A stretch of DNA of 64,000 nucleotides, taken from the NCBI GenBank assembly GCA_053919585.1, contig CM132796.1; one strand, given 5' to 3'. The notes under the pieces were generated by a model that searched no databases, was not told where the DNA came from, and was given only the letters and a program-made list of their open reading frames with translations. Source of the stretch: Euprymna scolopes (taxonomy: Eukaryota). The number at the start of each line of letters is the position of its first letter. Positions within the stretch are counted from its first letter, which is position 1. Shown piece by piece: positions 1 through 12,189 of the stretch. Made by a program: the position numbers and the translations under genes.

Positions 1-2116
1 TGTTAAAACACTCGAATATAATGCATATGGTGTGAGAATCGAATCTTAGAAATAGTCAAGCTACGTTGACGAGAGATATTACCTCATAACGTGTGTTTGT
101 AGATTACTGGGTTATAAGTAAACTAATTAATAACTAATATTTATTTATATTCAAAAGTTTGGGCGATTTTCTAAGGAAAATATTTTCCACGATCTCCAAG
201 GTTGGGGAGGCTATTAACCGTATCATTTTTTAAACAATCGGCATATATATATATATATATATTCAGAGACAAATTGGTTTAGCAGCAATAAATACAAAGT
301 CTGCATAGCATTAAAATATACTGAAGCTTATTTTATGACTGGGCAAAATCGGGAAACGGATGCTTGCCTAGCAATAGCATAATAGTTTTTGGCACTAATT
401 TCACAATATATAATTTTATTGAATAAACCTACATTAGAATGAAAGTGTAATGTTCCAAATGCCAAATCATTTGTAATCCATCATTAACATCAGCAGAAAA
501 AATGGATGTCGCTAATGAGTATAAGACTAACCATATTCTGAGTGAATAAAAAATGCGCTTGCTACATTCTGGTTGAATAAACTCTGCTCACCAAATAAAA
601 ATTAATAAAAATGTCGTCTTGCTATTATATTCAAACGTATGTTTCAGTGAAATCAAAGGGATTTATATTGTGTTAATGCGTTAACTGTATTTCTGTATGA
701 AATTCATCACAATAGATAAAATAAAGATTAATATGTTTTCTATTTAAAGTTATATTCTTCCTGAGAATACTCACCACAGTTGAGATGAAACTTATAAATT
801 CATGTGCATATACTAACGTTTAATTTTTTGATTTAATTTTGTCTAGAGCAAGAAATTCAAAACTAAATTTATATGCATGAAAACTGCAATAAGACAGTGT
901 ATTCTTTTAAATATTTGTTTATTTTTTTTAATTCTGTCTCCATAAAAACCATGATGATCATTCCTTAAAATTCCTCGAATATTTGGATATTAAAAAACTA
1001 CATCCAATAAAGTATTTGGTAAATGTGTGTAAAATATAGTCGCATATTTCATCTTTTAAAATTATTTGAATGTTTCAGCGTCCTAAATTATCGTATGACA
1101 ATAACCAACAAATGTCTAAGTAAAATGGAGTTACTTTCCATAAACGAATCAGTAATTCTTCCGAATTGCCGACAAAATTAATTATGCCTTACTAACAATT
1201 GGATTCAATTAATTAAAAGCCCGTTGATATACGCAACATGATGTGCCGGTTTGAAAATGCTATTCGCAACAAGAGTGGGCATGACTTGCGCCAATATAAA
1301 TTTCTTGAATCTTAAAATTAATCCGGTCATAATAACGTTTCCAGGTGTAGTCTTAAAGGCAGTAACAGAAATATAAGTGTTGGACAAAAACAACCACCTT
1401 AAACGACGCGGAAATAAATGTATATACTTAAGGCGAGAGTTTTACGAATTTACACAGACTTTTAGACAACATACAACAATCGAAGCAATTTTCATTAAAA
1501 TGTCTTGGGATTCATAAAGGTGACTTCCAAAAGGGATGTGAACGTTAGGATAATGCAGCAAGCTTTCTTAAAGGTTAAATTATTATAAAGTGATGAAGTG
1601 TGCTGACCTTTATGAGCTTACATCCCACTGTAGTTTTCCTGTTCACTTTTACATACATAGTTTTTCTTCTCAGATTATCACCATCTAAAAACATAAGTTT
1701 CACGTTGAAATAAAATTGCAAAAGAAAAACATATTCAAATGATTTTTAGATGAGGAATCGTTTTAATCAGAACATTCTAATAATTTGATCATCCACAGTA
1801 TCCACATTGATTCGGAAGATCAACTAGAGATCAATGATACACCAACATTAGGCAAGAAAAGTTACTTTGTCGGCTGCTTGCATCACTTTCTACGCATTCT
1901 GTTTTTTATAATGACCTTTAGCGAACTTTTATATTCTAGGGGATGGGGATCCTTCCGGGCCGGCCCGATTATATTCTCCAATCACTATTTAAAAATTCAT
2001 TAAGAAACAAAAAATAATATTTATTGAAAGGGAGATAAATTTATTAGGATTTTTATATCAATAGAAAAATAAAATATGTAACATTTTAAAAGTAAAAAGA
2101 CAATATATATATATGG

Positions 2117-2162
<46 letters not shown>

Positions 2163-4336
2163 AAAACAATAGGGCTAAAGGTAAAAACACTCTAAAAGTG
2201 TACTTCTACCAGGATATATTAACTAGAACGTTGTAAAAACATCTGAACACCTCAGGGTTTGTATATGTTTTATCGTTTGCCTTTCTTTTTTTGGATAATC
2301 TTGTATTTTTGCCCAATCGCTATTGCTGCGCTGACAACATTGAAACACCGAACAGATATTTATATGCGAATTGCGTGCATTGTACAGATCGCCCGAAAAT
2401 GTTGTTGTGTAAATTACCGTACTTATGTTTTTAAAACTATTTTCGGTTTATTTTGTATGATTTTTTTTTATATCGATTGTGTATTTGTGCATTTATATCT
2501 CCCACGAGCTACTATATAAATTATTTAAAACTCCTTATTTGATTATTCTAGATGAAACATTAATGATTAAACATTATAATCCCTGGATAGAATTAACAAA
2601 ATATTTTAAGGCATAGGCAATAATATTTATTTCGAGGGATAAACAAGCTTCTTGGGAGAGATTTCATATAATCCCACAATTATCAAGGTTAATTTGTTGG
2701 ATATGATTGGAATCTGCATTAAAAATTATCCTCTTTGGCTTTATTTTAAACAATATAGTTTGAGTCACAATATTAGAACAAGACCAAATAAATATAAATC
2801 TGCCTGATGGGTACTGAATTTCGGTAATTGAACTGGCAATTCTGTGGAAGATCAAAGTCAGTCGCATAATGATGTCATAGAAATACCACCCATATCATAA
2901 CTTAGTGGTTCTCGGGTTGAGAATATTGTGGTTTAAATCATATCATAGCATGATAAGAGAAAACTGATTTTTCGTTCATCAAAATTTCTAACTGTAAATT
3001 AATCAATCACGACGTGTTAAAAAATAACTTGTGGTCTGATAGCTGTATATATTATCGCACAGATAAAATATTTAAAAACAGTAAGTATAGTCATGCTTCT
3101 TAGAAATGTATCAATACAAAATGATATGTGCAATGAAACAAGATTGGAAGTTATAAAATTCATCAATGTTCAGTTGAACTGGCATTAATACATTACTCTG
3201 AAAGATTGTTTTCATTCAAAGTATAAAATACTCTACAGTACACACTATGTTGGTTTTAATAAGTTTTCAGTCCGGTTATCGTATGAACCTTGTATCTTTT
3301 TTCTAAAATATAAAAGAACACAAAAACATCCCCATTGCAGAAGTGTATTTAATTAAATTATGTAAAATTTGTTTTTACATTTGGAAATCTAAATTAGATA
3401 AAGCTACAAGATTCAAAAAAGTTATTACGTGTAGACTATGTATTTCTGGAGTAAATGCAAGTATTAATGCTTTATTTACAAATAATCATCAGTTTACACT
3501 TAATACACCATGTTCAAATAAAAAAAAGCATATTTGCTTTTTCATATCGACAAATTGTGGAAACGCCTATATTCAATTTAGCTGTGTTTACTGATTATAT
3601 TTTAAAGTAAAATTGACAACATAAAACTAGCACATAAAATTAATTGGATATGTAAGAAATATTTTTTCAAAAATTCAGAATCATCATTAAATTAACCCTG
3701 AAGAAATCATTTTTCAGCATGTAAATCTTTTTGTTGATTGGAGTCAAAGAATAAAATGCCACTTAATTTTATTAAAATATTTTTCATGAAAATTTAAAGA
3801 ATTGAATTTGTCTATAACATATCAACTCTCCTTCTTACTTGGATCTTAGGAAAAACTCCCTCGTATTTACTAATATTTGTAGTGTAAAACTTCAAACAAA
3901 GAAAACATGTTTTTGATTGGAAAAATACGTAATAAAGCACTTATCAACAAATAAAAATCAAATCGTAGCTCCACCCCGCCTCCCTACCTTAGAGAACACC
4001 CAACATGTCCAGACATACTTATCAAGAAATCATCTAACTATCGACACCCCAACAACCTAAACCTTAGGACTCGAACTTTAAAGTAACCCCATCTACTTAC
4101 CCCTACATATCTCCCTCTCCCTAAATGTATCCCTATGTCCTTAGCCACACCAGATATGAACTTCCCAGATCCCCCACAACCACCTAATGTTCTTGAACTC
4201 CAAAACTAAAGCACTACCGACCTATCAAACACCCCCTCCCACCTTCCCCTTTTCCCTTGTAATTTTCGGCTTTTCTCGCACCCTTCCACTGACATAATTC
4301 ATTCTTCCATTCCACCATGAACGACCATTCATGTAA

Positions 4337-4489
4337 AGTTTGAGGAGGCTACATGACTGCCAAAAAGCAGTCGCGTAGCTGAAACAATAATGTAACTGAA
4401 CAGAAAAAAAACTGTAATAAAAAATAAACCGCATATTTCCTCTACAAGAGTATTGAGCACTTTTTCAGGTTTTTATTAATTACCATTTT

Positions 4490-4492
<3 letters not shown>
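4337..4492 (+). mobile_element. Penelope-type terminal repeat fragment with a minimal hammerhead-like motif (core C mutated to T)
   Basis: agt-TTGAGGA-stem II (ggctacatgactgc/gcagtcgcgtagct)-GAAACA-ataa-TGTA-act at 4337-4397. The downstream ~100 bp matches 43570-43712. Confidence 0.6.
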
Positions 4493-4543
<51 letters not shown>

Positions 4544-4826
4544 CATAAGGGGTCTTAGCTAAAGTCAAAACGGCAATCAAAACTCATGAATAATTCTTCG
4601 CATAAGTGTTTATAAAAAATAGATGAATTGATAGCCATCAGCTATAATCGAATCCGAAAACAAAACTCATGAAGAATTCTTGGAAACATTATTTGTTACA
4701 AATAATTTGAATGCCAATATAATTAAACGGCAGCCACTCAAAGGAAAATATATCAGCTGACACACACGCTCTCATATTAATACAGAAATGTATAAATATC
4801 TATATCTATCTATCTATCTATCTATA

Positions 4827-4874
<48 letters not shown>

Positions 4875-5592
4875 AAATTTAATAATACTTATCATTTATA
4901 GCTTCCAGCACTAATGTTTCATGCGGTATAGGTTTACATATTCCTGGTCATAAGCTTCGAACTTAGCTACAAAGTATACTTTTCCAGGACTCTGCCTCAG
5001 CGCCACTAAAAAATTTACAAGGGTAGCTAATAAATATCAATAGACGTATTCGAGCTAATACAATTGACAATCTACAATGTTTGCTGGAACGAAAACCGTG
5101 AACGTTGCATAGATGCTACCTGACTATCTCTTTCGTAATTCCGCGAACATTGTCTAGATCTACGTATTTTTTTATGTGCTTGATAATTGTAATCGAATAA
5201 TAGTTGTTCTTCATATATGCATACACTAGGGTTTCAATCTTAATGTACGATTGACAATACCTGACGCTCATGTGATTCGAACACAACAACGAGATTTTGG
5301 TCCAATTTGCTAAGGCTCTACATGAGGGCCACCTTACAATGCCAGGGTACTGATGGGAATCAAGAACAATGAAACGCCAAATTCGAGCGAATAATATTGA
5401 CAATATATAGTGTCTTCACACACGCACGCACACACACACATATGTGTGTGTGACTGTATGTCTCTGTATGTGTCATTTTCTTTGTGTATATACATATGTA
5501 TAATATATATATATATATATACATGCACACGTGTATATATATACATATATACATATATGCATGTACAAATATACACACCCACACACACCCAT

Positions 5593-5742
5593 ATTCCGTA
5601 GTCAGGGGGTAGGACTGCTGACTGTCATCACGACGGTTCTAGGTTCGATCCTCGGTTTGGGAGAGGTGTTAGTCTAGCGGCACTGATGAGTTGTGAAACA
5701 ACGAAACAGGTCTGTATGTCGATGACTAAAATATATTTTATA
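5593..5742 (+). mobile_element. tRNA-Asp-derived head plus hammerhead (retrozyme/SINE-like repeat), copy 1
   Basis: A-box-like TAGTCAGGGGG, ctGTCa anticodon-like loop, B-box GGTTCGATCC, then the hammerhead. Near-identical to 5918-6066. Confidence 0.85.
5669..5729 (+). ncRNA. Type I hammerhead ribozyme, copy 1 (predicted cleavage after GUA, nt 5716)
   Basis: Stem I TTAGTC/GACTAA plus CGGCA/TGTCG with an internal loop; core CTGATGA (5683-5689); stem II GTTG/CAAC; GAAA (5703-5706); stem III ACAG/CTGT; H17=A. Confidence 0.92.
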
Positions 5743-5917
5743 AAGCTCCCCTCTTCGGTAGAGCACTCTCGTAAATTATCTTACTCGCTACTTAATTTAG
5801 CTGAAATAATGCGAAGCTCGCGATTTGTTTACAAACAAACGTTTGAGCCCTCTACGAGTGGCGGACGGGTGTTTATTTATTTAAATAGACATTCGGACAG
5901 TTTAATTTCGGCCACCG

Positions 5918-6066
5918 ATTCCGTAGTCAGGGGGTAGGACTGCCGACTGTCATCACGACGGTTCTAGGTTCGATCCTCGGCTTGGGAGAGGTGTTAGTCT
6001 AGCGGCACTGATGAGTTGTGAAACAACGAAACAGGTCTGTATGTCGATGACTAAAATATATTTTAT
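5918..6066 (+). mobile_element. tRNA-Asp-derived head plus hammerhead (retrozyme/SINE-like repeat), copy 2
   Basis: Direct repeat of 5593-5742 with a 325-bp period and only about 2 substitutions. Confidence 0.85.
5994..6054 (+). ncRNA. Type I hammerhead ribozyme, copy 2 (predicted cleavage after nt 6041)
   Basis: Identical to copy 1; all core nucleotides and helices are intact. Confidence 0.92.
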
Positions 6067-6070
6067 ATTT

Positions 6071-6113
<43 letters not shown>

Positions 6114-6790
6114 ACATGTGGGAAGAAGATTTGTTAGAGATTAGCTTGGGCCAGATAGACAGCGAGACACTTTGGCATTGTTTTTGGCAAGATACCAATT
6201 AGATTGAGATGCATTAAACGTTTTCATCTACTCCTTAACCTTTGCTAATACACCATTCAATCAATTTCCTTCTCTCTTTCTCTGTTCCGGTATATCAAGG
6301 TTCACAATCTTATCTAAACAACGCTAAAGAGAAGTCGATCCTTACTGCTTTTGGCAGTTGCCGTCGCAGCCTATCGTATTTGTGGGCGGTTTAGCGTGGG
6401 AAACAGATAGATGGGGTTGGGAGAAAGATGGTTTACACATGGAACAAGTAATCGTGATGGCCATTCAAATCTATCAAACCTTATCGATGTTCGGTCAAAC
6501 TATAACGGGAGCTTGATTCAATCTCGGTTAAAGGCAGAGCGGGTCGGCAAGCGTCAAAATGATATAGCGCTCGAATTCTCTTTTCTCCTAATCGCTCACA
6601 TTTCTGGCTACTGCCCAGCCGATCCCAAAGCAAAACGATTATGTTAGAAAACAAAAGGAAATTTTGATTGAAAAACGACATCGATCAGGCAAACGGATTT
6701 AGAACAAAGGAATATCTGTAAAATCTTACAATTCTTTTTTTTCCTATATTATTAGGAAACATGCAGTGATGTAAGTTGTAAGTATATATG

Positions 6791-6821
<31 letters not shown>

Positions 6822-7520
6822 TTATGTGTATATATATCAACGCTATTTATAATATGTTTTCCAAAACCAAATGCAACGGAAGTACAATATATTATAAGCA
6901 TTGCCCATAGACACTTAACTACTCTTGATAGCTAAAGTAGAATTAAATTTATTATTTACTTATTAGATATAAAACGTCAACGTTGTCCAGTCGACAATAT
7001 GTATTTCAATAACACGAACTCCATATTCCTGCATTTGATAAAAAAATATAACAATCCTTGCCTTCTAATTCTAGATAGTTAAAATTTGTCGAAATATCTT
7101 ACACTCGAACGCAATAGCCTACTATTAATAATATCCCATTCTAGAAAAGAAACAAGGTATTAAAAATGTCTGATGTAGCACCATAACGACACGTTTACCA
7201 ACATTCGCTTATCGACTCATTGATTTAAAAACTTAGGTGTTTAATCGACATTTTATATGCTTTTCACTTCCCATATCACGATACAAATTATAGCGCGTTT
7301 TACTTTTCGCTTTTCTACTTTTCATTTACTTACGACCCTTTTCGCATCATAAAATTCATGAATTCTACCTAAAGTAGTCGAATCGAAAGCGCTCGTGATA
7401 ACTATGAAACGTCCATTATTATTTTTGATTTTTATATAAAAAAGTTTATACGAAAACTCGAAAATAAAGACGGAATATAAAGCATATTCGTTGTATCCAA
7501 TTACAGCCACTTGAATGTGA

Positions 7521-7590
<70 letters not shown>

Positions 7591-7659
7591 TAGGAAAACT
7601 AAAAGGTAATCTACATAATTGAAACAAGGGGAAATAATCGTCATGCCAATTTAAGATTA

Positions 7660-8376
7660 CTAGCAAAACTACCCGTCGTTGACTGGGTCCATAAACAACC
7701 TACAGAAAATGTAATATGATTTATGGAAGTACGATAGGTTATGAAAAGGAAGAGATGTAAAGAGATAGCTTCGAATTTGGGGGTATCAAAACCAAAGTAA
7801 AATATGATAAAAGTGAAAATAAAATAGATAAACCCCATAATTTATTATACCATACCTGTTCATACTGAAACATTACCACAATATTCTGTGGATCTATATT
7901 AACAAACCTTGTTTAACTTTGTGACATATTTATATTCTATGGAGGTCAGGTTCGAACGAACACCGCGTAATTTTATTACACCATATTTTTTTTCAAACTG
8001 AAACATAATTATCAAAGTATACTTACGTAGATAGGTATTAAAAGTCTTTATTAATGTGTGTGCCTATTTCCATTCTATGGAGGCCAGGCACGAACGCAGA
8101 CCCCACAATTGTATTATATCATCCCTATTTAAGTTAAAACATACTTATCAAAGTAGTATGTACATATATATCAAAAACACTTATAAATGTTTTTGTTTTT
8201 TTTATTTTTAAATATTTTATTTCCAAACTTTGTGAAACAGGCGGGAACGCAGGCCCCACAATTTTAATGAACCACGGTTCTGCCAGATCAATAATTCCTG
8301 TGTCTCGATACATCTTCTATCATTATATGTAATCATTTTTTTTTAAATAGTCAACAATATAGGTACCTATCCGTGA

Positions 8377-8430
<54 letters not shown>

Positions 8431-8474
8431 GCACGCACACACACATATACATACATTCAGCTTTATATTATAGA
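7660..8474 (-). mobile_element. Non-autonomous Helitron
   Basis: Minus strand begins A|TCTATAATATAAAG and ends with the hairpin ACCCAGTC-AAC-GACGGGT followed by CTAG|T. Contains a (CA)n tract and internal ~140-160-bp diverged repeats. Related copy at 42490-43000. Confidence 0.8.
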
Positions 8475-8697
8475 TTTACACGAGTAGAGCCGGTAACATC
8501 ATTGACTGGTAATATTTGTCCTAAAAGCGAATGCTATTATGTAGGATAAATTTCCCCGTATCGAGAGATATATAGAAGATCGTGTAAGTTTAAACAAGTA
8601 ATAGCATTACTTTGTCTTCTCTTGTTGATTGGATTTTATAAGAGAATACAAAACAAATTGCGTAGGGATATCGTGTGTACAATACTAGTTTTAGTGA

Positions 8698-8766
<69 letters not shown>

Positions 8767-8767
8767 G

Positions 8768-9350
8768 TCAGGTCATGTCATATGCTACTGGTACCATGTA
8801 ACCCGGTAATACCTGCCTCATGATCGGGCCACCGGCGACAAAACTGGTTCACGCACCAGACTTGTTTGCTGAGGAGGCTGGCTAGTCTCTCTGAAGGATT
8901 AAAAACTAGACCTTCCAAAGGGCGAATGAACCCTTTTTGGGGGTCAAGGCCAACTAGCACCGTGTGTGTCTATGTGTATGTATATGTGTGTTGGGTTGGA
9001 GAGGACTCCCGTATGCCGTGGTGAAGGCAACCTTCTAGAAGAAGCTAATCTCTGATTAAAAAAATAACAATAAAGCGGGAGACCAGTATCCGCATTAAGC
9101 TGGTCTGCAGTTAAGCCTGTTGCTGGCCATCTTGCTCTTGCTTGATGCTGGATCTCAACATCTTGATCCGAGTGAGAGACTTAGCTGTCGTGCAAAGCTA
9201 AGACTTTGTAACGTCATCTGTGTATAGATACTCCCTCAGGCATTTTTCTACTGAAATCGTCCTGTGGGGATGGAAGTCATTTTTGGGCTCATGGACTTTA
9301 AGTGTCTGAGGGAGTGGCACTCGTCCGACAAGACGTGGCAATCATCATAT
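8768..9350 (+). mobile_element. Non-autonomous RTE-related element (RTE 5'UTR-like plus 3' end)
   Basis: gaaggcaaccttctagaagaagctaatctctgattaaa resembles the RTE 5'UTR motif. The 3' end (gagtggcactcgtccgacaagacg...aatcatcat) recurs inverted at 58884-58960. No ORF. Confidence 0.5.
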
Positions 9351-10103
9351 ATGAAATTAACAACGATTGTAAAGCCGTATATCTAACTTCATTTTTTCTG
9401 ACTGCATCTTTACCAGAATGCATGGTTGACGAAATGCGTGAGCCGGATTTATTGACTGTATTCCTTTTAGTCGCGTGCAAGCGACCCTATAAGTAATTCC
9501 GTCGGTCCGTCGGTCTGTCGGTCGGTCTGTCGATCTGTCTGTCGGTCTGTCCGTTACAGTTTTTTTGCTTGGCCTTTTTCGGTATGATCAAAGTAATGTT
9601 GTTAATAGATGCTGCACTCAGCCTTTTAAGATATTCTTGGCCTTTTGACCACGATTGACTGTATTTTTAGCATGAATAAAAGATTTAATATCTCAAAGTG
9701 TAGTATCTGTTCCGGCAGATAGTGCAAGCAAAGACCATATATCAGACGTTGGTCAATGTAGGGACAACCCTTCATACCAATTGTCACTACCAAGCTCCCA
9801 TTTCTCACCCATCGGGAGCTGATCCCCTTTTCTCTCCCGCCTCCTTCTCTCTCTCCACATTAAAAAACGGCCTTGTGCCTAATTTGCTCAGTGGGGAAAC
9901 AAATAAATACATACTACAAGCAAAGGGCATATGTGGGGGAAACCCTACATATAAGACCTTGGGTCAATGTAGGGGCAATCCTTCATACAAATTGTCACTA
10001 TCCAGCTCCCCACTCCCCGGGAAGCTGTCCCCCATTTCCCCTTCACTCCTCACATAAAAAATCGGCCTTGTGCCTAATTTGCTCGGTGGGGGAGCAAATA
10101 AAT

Positions 10104-10150
10104 ATCCTTTTCTTGGCCTTTTGTCCAAGATCAACGTGTAGTATCTGTTC
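10104..10150 (+). ncRNA. U2 snRNA 5' fragment (nt ~1-45), head of a family A unit
   Basis: ttcttggccttttgtccaagatcaacgtgtagtatctgttc vs U2 TTCTCGGCCTTTTGGCTAAGATCAA(A)GTGTAGTATCTGTTC. Confidence 0.85.
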
Positions 10151-10678
10151 CGTCAGATACTGCAAGCAAAGACCATATGTGGGGGAAACCCCATATATAA
10201 GACCTTGGTCAATATTGGGGCAACCCTTCATACAATTTATACTATCTAGCTTCCCTACTCCGAGGGGAGTTGATTTCCATTTCCCCTTCACTCCTCACAT
10301 TAAAATCGGCCTTGTGTATAATTTGCTCGGTGGGGGAGCAAATAAATACCAACCCCACATATAAGACTTTGGTCAATGTAGGGGCAACCCTTCATACCAA
10401 TTGTCACTATATAGCTCCCCTACTCCCCGGGGAGTTGGTCTGAATTTCCCCTTCACTCCTCACATTAAACATCGGCCTTGTGCCTAATAAGCTCGGTGGG
10501 GGAGCAAATAAATACCAACCGTACATATAAGGCCTTCGTCATTTAGGGGCAACCCTTCATATCAATTGTCACTATCCAGCTCCCATACTGCCCGAGGAGT
10601 TGGTCTCCATTTCCCCTTCACTCCTCATATTAAAAATCGGCCTTGTGCCTAATTTGCTCGGTGGGGGAGCAAATAAAT

Positions 10679-10727
10679 ACAGCTTTTTTTTGGCCTTTTG
10701 GCCAAGATCAAAGTGTAGTATCTTTTC
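10679..10727 (+). ncRNA. U2 snRNA 5' fragment, head of a family A unit
   Basis: ggccttttggccaagatcaaagtgtagtatct contains U2 stem I and the GUAGUA branch-point recognition sequence. Confidence 0.85.
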
Positions 10728-11751
10728 CGGCAGATACTACAAGCAAAGGGCATACGTGGGGGAAATCCCACACATAAGTTATTTGTCAATGTAAGGGCAA
10801 CCCTTCATACCAATTGTCACTGTCAAGCTCCACTACTTCTCGGGGAGTTGGCCCTATTTCCCTTTAACTACTTACATTTAAAATCGGCCTTGGCCCGATT
10901 ATTCTCTGTGGCGGACCAAGTAAATACCAACCCTTCATACAAATTGTCACTGTCCAGCTCTCCTACTTCCCAGGGAGCTGGCCCACATTTCGCCTTAACT
11001 TCTTACATGAATGATCGGCCTTTGCCTTACCTTTTCCCTTCACTCCTCACATTAAAAATCGGCCTTGTGTCTAATTTTCTCGGTAGAGGAGCAAATGAAT
11101 ACCAACCCCACATATAAGCCCTTGGTCAATATAGGGGCAACAATTCATACCAATTATCTGTATCCTGCTCCCCTACTCCCAAGGGAGTTGGTCCCCATTT
11201 CCCCTTCACTCCTCACATTAAAAATCGGCCTTGTGCATAATTTGCTCGGTGAAGAGCAAATAAATATAAACCCCACATATAAGGCCTTGGTTAATGTAGG
11301 GGAAACCATTGACACTAATTGTCACTGTCAGCTCCCCTACTCCCAGGGGAGCTCGTCGCCATTTCCCCTTCACCCCTTACGTTAAAAATCTGTCTTGTGT
11401 CTACTTTGCTCGGTGGGGGGCAAATAAATACCAACCCTACATATAAGACCTTGGTCAATGTAAGGAAAACCTTTCATACCAATTGTCACTCTCATGGTCC
11501 CCTGCTCACCGGGGAGTTGGTCTCCATTTCCTCTTCACTCCTCACATTTAAAATCGGCCTTGTGCCTAATTTGTTTGGTGGGGGAACAAATAAATACCAA
11601 CCCCGCATATAAGACCTTGGTCAATGTAGGGGCAACATTTCATACCAATTGTCACTATCCAGCTCCCCTACTTCCGGGGGAATTGGTCCTCATTTCCCTT
11701 TTACTCATTACACTAAAAATCCGCCTTCTGCCTAATTTATTCGGTCGGGGA

Positions 11752-11788
11752 GTCTTTTAGCCGAGATCAAAGTGATGTATCTGTTCTT
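11752..11788 (+). ncRNA. U2 snRNA 5' fragment closing the array
   Basis: gtcttttagccgagatcaaagtgatgtatctgttctt is a degenerate U2 nt ~12-47. Confidence 0.65.
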
Positions 11789-12135
11789 TCTACATGATGT
11801 GATATAAAGTGGGGGATCACTTTTCTGTATTAATTTAATGTAAAATGATCATCCACTTTACAACCAATCAGTCTCAAAGCCATTCAATCCATTATCCAGA
11901 TCATTCAAGTTGTTTTTGAAGGATTCCAGTTAAGCATTCAAGTCATTGTTAAGGTCATTAAATTAATACTTACGTTCATTAAAGTCATTCTAAGTAATTT
12001 ACTTTTTATTTATTAAAGTTATTTCAGCCCATTTTTCGGTCATTTAAGTTTATCTCTAAGAATGTCATGCCAATTCCCGCATTCATTCATTACACGAGCG
12101 CACACGACTAATGGCTATCGGCCTTGTTTTGATGC

Positions 12136-12189
<54 letters not shown>

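Larger units (their letters stand above)
9631..11790 (+). repeat. Tandem array of U2-headed SINE-like family A (about 12 units of ~165 bp and ~245 bp)
   Basis: The anchor aaatcggccttgtgcctaatttgctc recurs at about 9866, 10059, 10303, 10470, 10635, 10881, 11056, 11222, 11386, 11551 and 11717. The long units carry the U2 head. Confidence 0.9.
9464..12130 (+). mobile_element. Helentron-associated non-autonomous element (HINE/DINE-1-like) with a central tandem array
   Basis: Starts in a T-run; subterminal IR TAGTCGCGTGC (9468-9478) vs GCACACGACTA (12100-12110); (GTCG/GTCT)n microsatellite at 9500-9552; 3' stem-loop GGCT-ATC-GGCC followed by a T-run. Confidence 0.75.

Noticed and set aside
3100-3830. 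Possible decayed hAT (Charlie/GTF2IRD2-like) transposase on the minus strand
   Set aside because: Only faint motif resemblance (LQG, RF); too degraded to support by eye.
5334-5601. YIYIYI/HTHT-type ORFs here and throughout the window
   Set aside because: Translations of (TA)n and (CA)n microsatellites.
5593-5665. Functional tRNA-Asp gene
   Set aside because: Acceptor and anticodon stems pair poorly, there is no terminator, and it is fused to a hammerhead; treated as a SINE head.
10104-10350. Bona fide U2 snRNA gene cluster
   Set aside because: Homology stops at about nt 45; no stem IIa/IIb, no stem-loop IV and no PSE spacing between units.
9722-11760. Overlapping ORFs of 64-163 aa within the tandem array
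   Set aside because: They are translations of a non-coding repeat in shifting frames, with no domain signature.
9631-11790. CRISPR-like array
   Set aside because: The whole unit is repeated with no unique spacers, there are no cas genes, and the context is eukaryotic.
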